A stretch of 64,000 nt of DNA from Simkaniaceae bacterium (GCA_018399075.1 CP073763.1:1713842-1777841), one strand, 5' to 3'; positions 1 through 8,589 are shown, counted from the stretch's first letter. Notes: generated by a model not told the origin, from the letters alone. Made by a program: numbers and translations.

Positions 1-23
1 TCAATACCGGTCATTTGCCACCA

Positions 24-551
24 CTATCTGGAAAAAAAGTGTTCGATTACTTTCCGATCAATTTTAAAAAGCCTAGCGCTGAAGGTTCCAAAAAACTCCT
101 TAGAACCATCTTCTTCAATGGTATAGACAGATGCAATCGAAATAATCATTTCGCCATCAAGCGTATTTTGCACATCAATTTCTATCGGACTTTCGCTATG
201 GACAACCATCCGCTCTTTTAAACCCGTCCATTCCCATGGGAAGCCAACAAGTTCTCCAGTTCCTGTAATTAACCCGGTAGGATTTTTGAAAACGATTTCA
301 TGAAGATCCCCTTTTAAATCAGAGATCTGCTGAAGCTCCAATACTTCTCCATCACGAGCGTTTAAAAAACAAGAATCAACAAAACGATTCTGGTCAGGGA
401 GAAATGTCCGTTTTAAAAAGAAAAACCCATAGTGCTCAGCTTCCTCTTCATCAGGAGACTGGGATTTCATCTCTCCAATGTAAAATTCAGAGACCTCATT
501 CGCTATGAGAAAACAAGGAAGGAAAAGGAAAATTAAGATCCATTTTTTCAT
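24..551 (-). CDS. hypothetical secreted protein
   Basis: 175-aa ORF. N-terminus MKKWILIFLFLPCFLIANE looks like a signal peptide. Its ATG overlaps the TGA of the upstream gene (ATGA at 548-551). Confidence 0.6.
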   Translation of the reverse strand: MKKWILIFLFLPCFLIANEVSEFYIGEMKSQSPDEEEAEHYGFFFLKRTFLPDQNRFVDSCFLNARDGEVLELQQISDLKGDLHEIVFKNPTGLITGTGELVGFPWEWTGLKERMVVHSESPIEIDVQNTLDGEMIISIASVYTIEEDGSKEFFGTFSARLFKIDRKVIEHFFSR

Positions 552-1222
552 GATAAATACCTCTTAAGGATTTCATTTGATTGCTCTATCCCTAAAGACC
601 GTACATAAAAACGGGCTTTTTCTTCTATCATTTCTTGCGTATCTAGGTCTCCATTTCTTTGAAGTTTTTTCCTTTTTTTTCTTAAAAAATCATAGAGTGT
701 AATGGCTGCAGCAACCGATAAATTATAGCTTTCAACCATACCAAACATAGGAACGCGAAAAAGGAGATCACACCTTTTTTTTGCTTCTTCTGATATTCCC
801 TCTTTTTCATTTCCAAAAAGAAAGCAAATCGGGCGCTCTAAAGGAAGGTTTTCTAGACTCAATTCTCCGTCAGCTGAAGCTCCTGCAAGAAGCACTTCTC
901 CTTTTGCTTCATGAAACTCCTTCAATGAGGGGTGGCGGTGCAAATGGACCCATTTCATTGTTCCCTTTGTTGTCCCCTTTCCCTGCCCTTTTTTCATCTG
1001 AGCATTGATAAAATGAACATGTGAGGCTCCAAGAGCCTCAGCGGTTCGAACAACAGCAAGACCATTATGTATATCATAAGGACGCTCAATCGCAATCTGC
1101 ACCGAGCGCATTCGATTAGCTAAAACTTCATCGATTGTTTGAATCCTCTCCTTAGTCAGAAAAGGAACTAAAGTTTCAATGATCTTTTCTTTCGGATAAA
1201 CTTTCAAAAGTTCGCTGAGCAT
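548..1222 (-). CDS. trmH: SpoU/TrmH-family RNA 2'-O-ribose methyltransferase
   Basis: 224 aa. HNGLAVVRTAEALG, FLFGNEKEGIS and ESYNLSVAAAITLYD resemble the SpoU/TrmH motifs. A GAGGAAAT SD-like run precedes ATG 1222. Confidence 0.75.
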   Translation of the reverse strand: MLSELLKVYPKEKIIETLVPFLTKERIQTIDEVLANRMRSVQIAIERPYDIHNGLAVVRTAEALGASHVHFINAQMKKGQGKGTTKGTMKWVHLHRHPSLKEFHEAKGEVLLAGASADGELSLENLPLERPICFLFGNEKEGISEEAKKRCDLLFRVPMFGMVESYNLSVAAAITLYDFLRKKRKKLQRNGDLDTQEMIEEKARFYVRSLGIEQSNEILKRYLS

Positions 1223-1994
1223 ATTTCCTCAAAAAAACAACTTCTTTTCCATATTTCTCCTCCTCAAAAAGGGTGTGGAGCTCGTGGTTCACTTTAATTT
1301 TTCCCGATTCATCAACAACCCCTTCAATGAGTGGGCTCCATCCTAAATAGCAAACAACATCGTCCACATTTGGATACTGCACCATTCGAAAATCCCCTTT
1401 TACAACTCTCTCTTCCCAATAAGCTAATCTTTGCTCATCTTCCATAGAAAATTTTCGCTTCACAAGCTGTTGAAATTCATAAATATTTGGAAATCGATCA
1501 GGAAGCTGAAGTCCAAAAATCCCCTCAAGATGCTTTCTCTTCCAACCTTCAATATCAGCTTTACTATCAGAGGCATTAAAAACAATTTCGTCTCCAAGAT
1601 AAGAAAGCAAAAATTTTCTTCCCTCAACAATTAATTCTATCCGATGACGGATAAGATCATTAATCACCGAAGCTCTTTTAACTAAGCGCTCTTCTAATTC
1701 TTTTATTCTTTGTTCTGCGGTAGCACGAATCGTTTCAGAAATAACAATGGGGACTCGTCCTTGTTGAGCGGAAAACATCTCATGATTCAATTGTGCTGTT
1801 AGAAGAAAACTTTCTCCTATCCCATTGAGAACCCCATAGACAAAGTGTTGGAATTTATCAAACGAACGAACAGCTCTTTTCACATGACTCTTTTCATAAT
1901 AGACATGGGCGAAGGGGAGATCTCTTTCGGTAAGAGATCCATATGAGGCGTTGCAATTAGAAAGAATCCTGGAATCAAAGTGTAGTGTGCTCAT
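1176..1994 (-). CDS. hypothetical protein
   Basis: Long ORF with no motif I recognise. I prefer ATG 1994 (MSTLHF...), which overlaps the TAA of the upstream GT25 gene (TAATG), over the TTG at 2006. The 3' end overlaps the trmH start by 47 nt. Confidence 0.6.
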   Translation of the reverse strand: MSTLHFDSRILSNCNASYGSLTERDLPFAHVYYEKSHVKRAVRSFDKFQHFVYGVLNGIGESFLLTAQLNHEMFSAQQGRVPIVISETIRATAEQRIKELEERLVKRASVINDLIRHRIELIVEGRKFLLSYLGDEIVFNASDSKADIEGWKRKHLEGIFGLQLPDRFPNIYEFQQLVKRKFSMEDEQRLAYWEERVVKGDFRMVQYPNVDDVVCYLGWSPLIEGVVDESGKIKVNHELHTLFEEEKYGKEVVFLRKYAQRTFESLSERKDH

Positions 1995-3064
1995 TATAGG
2001 GAGCAAAATACTGAGTTTTGAGGTTTTATTGCAAGAGAGCTGAAGCTTTTTCCACTTTTTAAATGGTGGTATAAGGCTTCATAATAGGTATGAAACACTG
2101 CATAAATTGGGCAAGATGCCAACTCTGTGACTTGGCGAAAATCAGGATGACTTGTCTTTTGGACTTTACATCCAGCCCCATCAAAAAGAAAAAGTTCCCA
2201 ATCATATCCTCTCCACTTTAAGAAGTGAACAATAGTCTGATCCAGAATCTTTAAATCCTCAGGAAATAGAACGGTATCTTCTATAATCAGAGTATCTTGA
2301 CCCCCAATATTCAAAGCACATTCGATGGCTCCTAAATGACTCTCTGCTCGGTAGACCCTCCCCATGTCCAAAGAAACTCTTTCAAGTTCCTTGAGAAGTC
2401 TTTTTTCATTTCCATTATCGATATAAACAACCCGCTTGAAACGGTTCAATGGCTCATAAACTGGATCGATATCGCTTGTCCCAACTCTCTGGAGAATAGA
2501 CTGCTCTTTCCCAGCATACCACCTATCACTTCTTTGAAGAACACGCCAAACCTGGTCTAGAGAATAGATAAGGGACTGATTATTAAAAAAATGATCTTTG
2601 ATCAGCTCATAAGCAGAAAGAAAACAAGCCCTAAGTTTCTCAAGATAATGGCGATGGACGATATAGGCATGAGCACACCATGAGTTGTGAATCTGAATCA
2701 CCCCAGTCCAAGAAGTCTCCACCATTTCGCGGTAGGCTCCGCCTAAAAAGAAGACATCCCACTGCTCATCCGTATCGCGAAAGAAACTTTCCAGTTGGCT
2801 TTCAATAGCATCAAGCTTTTTGCTAAAGATAATATCGTCTTCAAGAATCAAAACCTTTTCCCACCCATTTTCAATCGCAAGGGTCAGAGCTTTTATATGG
2901 CTGAGCAAGCACCCTTTTGTTCCATTAAGCTGGTTATAAACGGCGCTGAGACGGTGAATTTTTTCAGGGGGAATCCCAAAACGGTCCAGCTCATTTTCCA
3001 TAAGCTTTTTCCGATCTGTCCGATGATCGAGATTGATATAGATCATTCCATCAATACCACGCAT
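1994..3064 (-). CDS. glycosyltransferase family 25 protein with a second GT25-like half
   Basis: 356 aa. The N-terminal half has IYINLDHRTDRKKLM...CLLSHIKAL...LILEDDIIF, typical of GT25 LPS/LOS glycosyltransferases. The C-terminal half repeats the pattern (VVYIDNGNEKRLL...LIIEDTVLF). Confidence 0.75.
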   Translation of the reverse strand: MRGIDGMIYINLDHRTDRKKLMENELDRFGIPPEKIHRLSAVYNQLNGTKGCLLSHIKALTLAIENGWEKVLILEDDIIFSKKLDAIESQLESFFRDTDEQWDVFFLGGAYREMVETSWTGVIQIHNSWCAHAYIVHRHYLEKLRACFLSAYELIKDHFFNNQSLIYSLDQVWRVLQRSDRWYAGKEQSILQRVGTSDIDPVYEPLNRFKRVVYIDNGNEKRLLKELERVSLDMGRVYRAESHLGAIECALNIGGQDTLIIEDTVLFPEDLKILDQTIVHFLKWRGYDWELFLFDGAGCKVQKTSHPDFRQVTELASCPIYAVFHTYYEALYHHLKSGKSFSSLAIKPQNSVFCSL

Positions 3065-3141
3065 ATTTTCGTGATAATCAGTAAAAATTTTCTATACAAG
3101 AAAAATGAGCTCGAATTTACCTCGAGCTCACCTTAAAAATA

Positions 3142-3354
3142 CTAACGCTTTGACTTTTTCTTTTTGCTGTCCATGCGCCAAGTGATTGTATGGTAGATAA
3201 AGGCAAAACCAAACACCACGTAAATGATGCGGACAAGCCATTCGCGATTAAATACATACTCAACTAAGTTAAGTCGGTATAATCCCACGAATCCCCAAAC
3301 AATTCCACTTAGAACTAAGAAAAGGACAGCTAGGCCATCTAGTTTTTTCAACAT
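3142..3354 (-). CDS. DUF378-family small membrane protein
   Basis: The internal ATG at 3354 (MLKKLDGLAVLFLVLSGIVWGFVGLY..) is preceded by GGAGG. The sequence is colinear with the neighbouring DUF378 paralog. The longer ORF to 3438 would overlap that paralog. Confidence 0.7.
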   Translation of the reverse strand: MLKKLDGLAVLFLVLSGIVWGFVGLYRLNLVEYVFNREWLVRIIYVVFGFAFIYHTITWRMDSKKKKSKR

Positions 3355-3379
3355 AATGGATAATCCTCCAGCAGATTCC

Positions 3380-3580
3380 TTATTTCCAACGTTTTTTAAT
3401 ACTTTTCCAACCCACTGCTTGGTAAATGGCTGCAGCACCGATAAGAACGTAAATCAAACGATCTAACCAGCTTCTGCCAACAAAGTACTCAATTAGATTA
3501 AATTCAAATAATCCAACTAAGCCCCAATTTAAACCACCAAGACAGAGTAGGAAGCATACAAGTGTATCGAGTCTTTTCAT
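3380..3580 (-). CDS. DUF378-family small membrane protein
   Basis: 66 aa. GGLNWGLVGLFEFNLIEY is the DUF378 signature. An AAGGAG SD lies upstream of ATG 3580. Confidence 0.8.
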   Translation of the reverse strand: MKRLDTLVCFLLCLGGLNWGLVGLFEFNLIEYFVGRSWLDRLIYVLIGAAAIYQAVGWKSIKKRWK

Positions 3581-3635
3581 TTGTGTACTCCTTCACAAGG
3601 TCTATTGAGTCTATAGCCAGTTTAATCTGGCTAGG

Positions 3636-3712
3636 GAGGGTATCAACAATTACTAGTCAACGACGTCTTAATAAAAGTAAGACAGCGGCAATTAACAATT
3701 GTTAATACCCTC
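3636..3712. repeat. 16-bp imperfect inverted repeat enclosing an inner hairpin; terminator-like on the + strand
   Basis: GAGGGTATCAACAATT (3636-3651) pairs with AATTGTTAATACCCTC (3697-3712) at 15/16 positions. The inner hairpin is GTCTTA-7nt-TAAGAC (3665-3683). It is followed by TTGTTTTTT on the + strand. Confidence 0.5.
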
Positions 3713-3774
3713 TTGTTTTTTAATTATCTGATTTAACTCTTTATGTAAAGAATCTGTAATAATAATTATTGTAA

Positions 3775-4392
3775 TTACAGCTTAAGACACTTCTTCTCAG
3801 TCCAATAGTCATCTCCGTAGGAGTAGAGGATCTGCTGACCCTTTTTAATCCCATGAGAACCTGAAGTAAAAACAATCCGTGGCCCTTTCTCCGTATAATG
3901 CTCCCAAGGAATCGCATTATTCCCCTTCTGACCTTCAGCGCAGTGATTCATAAAGCGCGCCCAATTTCCATGCTTAGCCGCATCAATTGAATAAGTCTTA
4001 TAATCTGTAAAGGAAAAGGTACTATCATGATCAACATTGATCTCATCATCAAGCATCAAAAGCCCCGTATACTGAACAAGAGTTGAATAAGGAGGAATAT
4101 CCTCTTTTGCGAAAACCCCATATCCAACAACTGGATTAATAAAGCGGATACTTATTCGTTTATTATACCGCTCATCCGATCCATCTCTTTCAAGCTGGCG
4201 AAAAAAAGCATCAAAACGTTCAATTCTAAAATCTGAAATGATAGGTTCAGCTTTGTTAAAAAACCGTTTCCAAGATCGATTAAATCGATCTTCGATTTTC
4301 TTTTGAACTTTGATCTCTTCTAGATAAACGATAGGGGTTTCAATCCCAAAATACTTTTTAAACATATGATCCACTTTCCTTTTTAGTGACAT
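3775..4392 (-). CDS. SET-domain protein-lysine methyltransferase (chlamydial NUE/cpnSET-like)
   Basis: 205 aa. The C-terminal NWARFMNHCAEG...GQQILYSYGDDYW matches the SET NH(S/C) and ELxYDY-type motifs. Confidence 0.85.
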   Translation of the reverse strand: MSLKRKVDHMFKKYFGIETPIVYLEEIKVQKKIEDRFNRSWKRFFNKAEPIISDFRIERFDAFFRQLERDGSDERYNKRISIRFINPVVGYGVFAKEDIPPYSTLVQYTGLLMLDDEINVDHDSTFSFTDYKTYSIDAAKHGNWARFMNHCAEGQKGNNAIPWEHYTEKGPRIVFTSGSHGIKKGQQILYSYGDDYWTEKKCLKL

Positions 4393-4422
4393 AATTAAAC
4401 ACTTAAGGAAAGTTAAGAATTA

Positions 4423-5262
4423 TTACAAGAAAGATTCCAAAATTTGTATAGATGGTTTTAAAAGATCATGATTTAGAAGACGTAGGTTTTTAGCAATTAT
4501 TTCAATCTCACTATAACTTGGCTGGACATCTAAATCACGAAGAAAGGGAGCCAACTTATGCTGGATAAATTCACCAATCCCCTTAGCAACATTTCCTCTT
4601 TCTTCCTCGCTAGAAGTCTCTGAAAACCCCTTCGGAAATTTTAGAAGATTTTGATAAATATGATGCGATGTTACACCCTTAAAAAGAAACTGCTTTAAGC
4701 CATCACGAAAAACATCTTCAAAAGTTCCATCAAGATCAAAATGATCAAGAGCTTTTCCAAGATGGGTCAGCTGCATTAAAAGAGCATGAAGTTTTTTTCG
4801 ATCACTTTTTGAATCAGATTCTAAAATCGCAGGAATGAGATTTTTTCTCATATACTGAATCAATTGAAGTCGAAGTCTTGGCGCCATCCCTTCATCAAAA
4901 GTTCCATCAAACTCCATAATAAATTTAGTCAGCGGATGATTAAATAATCCTTCTGCAGCGTCAGACCGCTCAATTTCAAAGGGACCAATAAGCTCCCTTA
5001 ACTCAGCAATATGCCCTGCAAGTCTCGTGTATTCCGGACTTCTCTCTTCAAACTGTTTTGAAAGCAAACTTGCTCGCTCACCGAGGTGACGATACTCCTG
5101 AAGAGCCTCCTTAGAAGGGTTCATTGGGAATGTTCTCACAGCCCGCTGAACAACTTGATCCAGGACCTCAGCATTCCAAGCATTCACCTCAGGATCCTCA
5201 CTAGCCAAAGAGGTCCTTACAGGATCTAGAGCTAAAATCTGTGATATTGCTTTGTTTGCCAT
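4423..5262 (-). CDS. hypothetical protein
   Basis: 279-aa ORF directly upstream of the SET gene on the same strand (30-nt gap). No motif recognised. Confidence 0.65.
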   Translation of the reverse strand: MANKAISQILALDPVRTSLASEDPEVNAWNAEVLDQVVQRAVRTFPMNPSKEALQEYRHLGERASLLSKQFEERSPEYTRLAGHIAELRELIGPFEIERSDAAEGLFNHPLTKFIMEFDGTFDEGMAPRLRLQLIQYMRKNLIPAILESDSKSDRKKLHALLMQLTHLGKALDHFDLDGTFEDVFRDGLKQFLFKGVTSHHIYQNLLKFPKGFSETSSEEERGNVAKGIGEFIQHKLAPFLRDLDVQPSYSEIEIIAKNLRLLNHDLLKPSIQILESFL

Positions 5263-5533
5263 TTTACTTCCATTTTGGATGGGCGCAGAGGCCCTCTAGG
5301 TCAATTATAGCACAATTCAAATTATTTTTCAAAAAACCATAAGTGGCTAATTGCAAATTGCTTAAAACATACCCCCTATCAAATCTTTCTGAATCAGTAA
5401 TCCAAAGAGCTCTCGAGAAAGTCCCCCATAACGACTTTAACTTATAAGCATTAGACAAAAAAAATTACCTTGCCCTTTTATAATTTCTAAGCGAAAATGT
5501 TCTTTTTTAAAAAATCCAAGCAGGAGAAAAACT

Positions 5534-5758
5534 ATGGAAATTTGTGGAGTATCACCAGATGAAAATTCAAAAGATGTTGCTTTTGAAGACAATAATCAAG
5601 GAGGATCAACTAGCTCCATTGGAGTAACTTCCTCAAAAACTTCAGAAGTTTCAGCGGTTATCCTTTCTCGAGGATGTTATGTCCTTCCTAAATGTATGGA
5701 AACTTTTATCGGAAGCGTCACCCATGTTTTTTCAAGTTTTGGACACTTTTTTTCATAA
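5534..5758 (+). CDS. hypothetical N-terminal fragment, in frame with the downstream M48-like ORF
   Basis: 74-aa ORF with a good SD (AGGAG 7 nt before the ATG). It ends at TAA 5756-5758, and the same frame stays open to 6448. Confidence 0.35.
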   Translation: MEICGVSPDENSKDVAFEDNNQGGSTSSIGVTSSKTSEVSAVILSRGCYVLPKCMETFIGSVTHVFSSFGHFFS

Positions 5759-5836
5759 ACAGTTGGTCGATATTTCATTTCCGGAGATGCTCACCCAGAA
5801 GTCAACTCTCTTTATTCTAATAAAGCGAATGAAATT

Positions 5837-6448
5837 ATGCAAAAATTAGCTCAACAGACAGAGCGAGGCTTTTCTTATGGTTTGGATTTGAGAGAATCCA
5901 GTGCCTGGACCTCTTCTTACGATCAAGGAGGTGGTGTAGAGGTCAACTCAGGAATGCTTGAAAAAATTGATTTCCACCTTAAAAACAAAGAAGCTTTAGG
6001 ACTAAAAGGATATACAGATCAGGCAACTGGGGAATTCATTAGCTATGAAAACCTCTCGATAAACGATGTCATTGCAGCAATGATTGCTACAGAAATGGCC
6101 CATTCAGAATTAAGCCATAGTGGCCGTTGGTTTGAAGTAAGCGCTCTAGTAACTTTAATTGCAGGATTTACAAAAATAAGTTCTGCTCAAACTCTCAACG
6201 CATTAGTCTACCTCTATTATTTAAGACAACAAACTTATGAAGCAGATAAAGCAGGCGCTGTTCTAGTCTCTAAAGCTGGATATAATCCAGCAGCTATCCT
6301 CTTTTTAAATGATATTCATGATAAGTGTAGACCATACTTTACAAAAGCCCTCTCTAAAATCTACCTCGCAGCTCCCTCTTGCCACGACCGCCAAGCCGCT
6401 ACCCTTCCTGTAGTGCGTGAGTGGAAAGCTCTCTCTAAAGTTTCTTAA
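5837..6448 (+). CDS. M48-like peptidase-fold protein with a non-canonical metal motif
   Basis: 203 aa. GGGVEVNSGML...AAMIATEMAHSELSH...YEADKAGAVLVSKAGYNPAA follows the M48 layout, but HExxH is replaced by HSELSH. No SD precedes ATG 5837. Confidence 0.6.
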   Translation: MQKLAQQTERGFSYGLDLRESSAWTSSYDQGGGVEVNSGMLEKIDFHLKNKEALGLKGYTDQATGEFISYENLSINDVIAAMIATEMAHSELSHSGRWFEVSALVTLIAGFTKISSAQTLNALVYLYYLRQQTYEADKAGAVLVSKAGYNPAAILFLNDIHDKCRPYFTKALSKIYLAAPSCHDRQAATLPVVREWKALSKVS

Positions 6449-6684
6449 AAGACTCGTCTCGTGCACACTGTTTTCACTAATAGTGTGCACAGCATCCCCT
6501 AGCTAACAATTCTTCATAAAGCATTCCTTAATTCGGAGAGTCGAACCGCATTTTAGGCTTTATTATTTCTCATTTTTATCCAATCAATGGGATGGCGGGG
6601 CTTGTCCCTTGGTTTAGAGTCGATAGATTTGAAAAAGCACGACAAGGCGGTATACGAAAGTATCCGCATTTACGACGAAGGTAA

Positions 6685-6707
6685 GCCTCTGAAAAAACAT
6701 CAGAGGC
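6685..6707 (-). terminator. hairpin downstream of cspA
   Basis: GCCTCTGA-7nt-TCAGAGGC, an 8-bp perfect stem about 30 nt after the csp stop. The U-tract is weak. Confidence 0.4.
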
Positions 6708-6733
6708 ATAAACCGTATATTAAAAATTAGTTA

Positions 6734-6940
6734 CTATAGACCCTTAACGTTTTTAGCTTCTGGGCCTTTGCGTCCTTCTTCTTCATTGTATTCAACATTT
6801 TGCCCTTCGTTTAGAGATTGCGTATCTCCTTCAAGGCTGTTGACATGAACAAACAATTCCTTCCCACCTGAATCAGGAGTGATGAAACCGAAGCCTTTTT
6901 GAGAATTAAAAAATTTAACTTTACCTTTAGATTTTGTCAT
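6734..6940 (-). CDS. cspA: cold-shock protein (CSD family)
   Basis: 68 aa. [16 protein letters not shown] (RNP1) and ELFVHVNS (RNP2) are present. Confidence 0.95.
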   Translation of the reverse strand: MTKSKGKVKFFNSQKGFGFITPDSGGKELFVHVNSLEGDTQSLNEGQNVEYNEEEGRKGPEAKNVKGL

Positions 6941-7340
6941 TTGGATTTCTTTCTCTGTTTAAAAATTTAAAAAACACCCACCAATATATCCTAAAATTAT
7001 ACCAGCGGAGCTCATGTATTTGAGCAGTGCAGAGCCATTGTAGCATATTTCTGATATATCTAAAAGCAAAGCTATCATATAAATTGCACACCCCAAAAAA
7101 AATTTATGGATAAGGGCTACAAATGAGCTAAATGTTGAGAAAAACTGCAAATTGCTGCCCCACTAGCGTCCCCAATAATTTTTTAGAAACGTTTTTGCGA
7201 TACAAATTTCATGGGAATTTTTAATAGGTGAAATGGGAGTTCCCCCAGGTTTAGCGCATATAAATTTGAAAAGTCACTTTTTATTGCTACAGTCGTACCT
7301 GAGATAAAAACAATTGATACATTCTAATGGATTACGAAAA

Positions 7341-7988
7341 TCAAGCCACAATTAAACCGTCATTCGTATATTCAGAAAAATATGATGTCCGGTTTAAGTC
7401 AGCTTCAATTCGCCTGTTTTCAGATTTTCTCCTATCAATTTCTTCATGATAGTCTTCTGAATCTTCTATTCCTTCCGCAACCATTGGTATTGACGAAACT
7501 ATCATCCCCCACCCAACAGGAGGATTTACAACCGCAACAACCGCACCTGTTGCCATTATCACCATTCCCAGAATAGCTTTGCCCTTCCAAAATCGGGAGC
7601 GTTCTTTACATAAAAACACCCTAGCCCCAGAGTTTGAAGCCTCTAAAGTTAATGGGGTTTCATATGCTTCAAAGATTCGATAAAAAAGGCTTGCTATTTG
7701 ACTTTGTGAAGCAAGTTTATCATCTCGAATAGGAACCTCAGGGAAATGAGTCTCAAATAAAAATCTTGCCTGGTTGAACTTTCCATCTAGCAGTAATAAA
7801 AATGCTCTGCAGACTTCTGCCATATGAATATCATCAGGATACAAATCCTTCCATTGCTCAATAGATAGTAAGGCTCCATCGATATCTGCCCTCACCAGGT
7901 TTGAGGAAAATTCTTTCAGAATATCATCTTTCTCGACGCTGCAGAAACCAATAACTGGCAATATCAATAATAAAAAAAATATCCTCAT
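7341..7988 (-). CDS. hypothetical membrane-anchored protein
   Basis: 215 aa. It has an N-terminal signal peptide (MRIFFLLLILPVIGFCS) and a C-proximal double hydrophobic stretch (ILGMVIMATGAVVAVVNPPVGWGMIVSSIPMV). Confidence 0.6.
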   Translation of the reverse strand: MRIFFLLLILPVIGFCSVEKDDILKEFSSNLVRADIDGALLSIEQWKDLYPDDIHMAEVCRAFLLLLDGKFNQARFLFETHFPEVPIRDDKLASQSQIASLFYRIFEAYETPLTLEASNSGARVFLCKERSRFWKGKAILGMVIMATGAVVAVVNPPVGWGMIVSSIPMVAEGIEDSEDYHEEIDRRKSENRRIEADLNRTSYFSEYTNDGLIVA

Positions 7989-7989
7989 T

Positions 7990-8205
7990 TTACCACCCTC
8001 TCATGAAAAACACTCTTATAAAAGCAATAATCAAAATAACCACCCCAAATAAGTGGGCGGAATTATACCAAAGAATTTTAAAGGTATACTTCCCTTTATT
8101 TTGGATCAAACCCCACAAGCCCTTTGCAAGAAAGTATGGGGTAAGAAATGCAATAAAAACATATAAAAGGTACTTAAAAAGTTCTGTTTCCAACATTACC
8201 TCCAT
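7990..8205 (-). CDS. small hypothetical membrane protein
   Basis: 71 aa with two hydrophobic helices. Its stop lies 1 nt before the start of the next gene. Confidence 0.5.
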   Translation of the reverse strand: MEVMLETELFKYLLYVFIAFLTPYFLAKGLWGLIQNKGKYTFKILWYNSAHLFGVVILIIAFIRVFFMRGW

Positions 8206-8376
8206 GCTGATTCAATTTAAAGTTTAGAAATTAAACCCATCAAAAATTTTTTACAATAAATTTTCAAACTTCCAAAAATGAAAAATTATCAAGATTAGTC
8301 ATTAGATTATGTGCCATGAACAACTTTTGGCGATAGATTTTTGGCACATTTAAAGGTAGGTTTTTCATAGAAGGAA

Positions 8377-8458
8377 TGGGGGTGGCCAGACTCGAACTGG
8401 CGGAGACCGAAGTCGATGGATTTACAGTCCATTGCAATTGCCACTATGCGACACCCCC
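8377..8458 (-). tRNA. tRNA-Tyr (GTA)
   Basis: The reverse complement folds as a cloverleaf: acceptor GGGGGTG/CACCCCC, anticodon arm ATGGA-CTGTAAA-TCCAT, long variable arm, T-arm GCCAG-TTCGAGT-CTGGC. No CCA is encoded. Confidence 0.9.
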
Positions 8459-8476
8459 CTAGGGGTAAGAAAAGTT

Positions 8477-8549
8477 TGCTGGAGAAAGGACTTGAACCCT
8501 CAACCGTCCGATTACAAGTCGGGCGCTCTACCAATTGAGCTACTCCAGC
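8477..8549 (-). tRNA. tRNA-Thr (TGT)
   Basis: Reverse complement GCTGGAGTAGCTCAATTGGTAGAGCGCCCGACTTGTAATCGG...TTCAAGTCCTTTCTCCAGCA, with anticodon loop CTTGTAA. Confidence 0.9.
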
Positions 8550-8589
8550 AAATTGGAGAGGTCTTTATATCAAATAGTCTGAATATGGA

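Noticed and set aside
5264-5458. 64-aa ORF upstream of gene 4423..5262
   Set aside because: It has a TTG start, no SD, and sits in a divergent promoter region. It is not in frame with the downstream gene (offset 1).
6533-6549. tRNA T-arm-like string (reverse complement GCGGTTCGACTCTCC)
   Set aside because: The flanking sequence is AT-rich and cannot form acceptor, D or anticodon arms. At most it is a degraded remnant.
6596-6733. tmRNA-like 5' region (GGGGCTTG...GAGTCGAT..., an ACGACGAA word and a GCCTC...GAGGC hairpin reminiscent of E. coli ssrA)
   Set aside because: A 350-400-nt tmRNA starting here would run through the clearly real cspA gene on the other strand. I find no T-arm or acceptor/CCA 3' end in the right place.
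6959-7150. 63-aa hydrophobic ORF upstream of cspA
   Set aside because: It has a TTG start and no SD, and it lies where the long cspA 5' leader/promoter is expected. The hydrophobic translation reflects T-rich sequence.
8377-8549. tRNA loci (also 14134-14290 and 51189-51262) as genomic-island integration sites
   Set aside because: No integrase, transposase or duplicated tRNA 3' segment is visible next to any of the five tRNAs.
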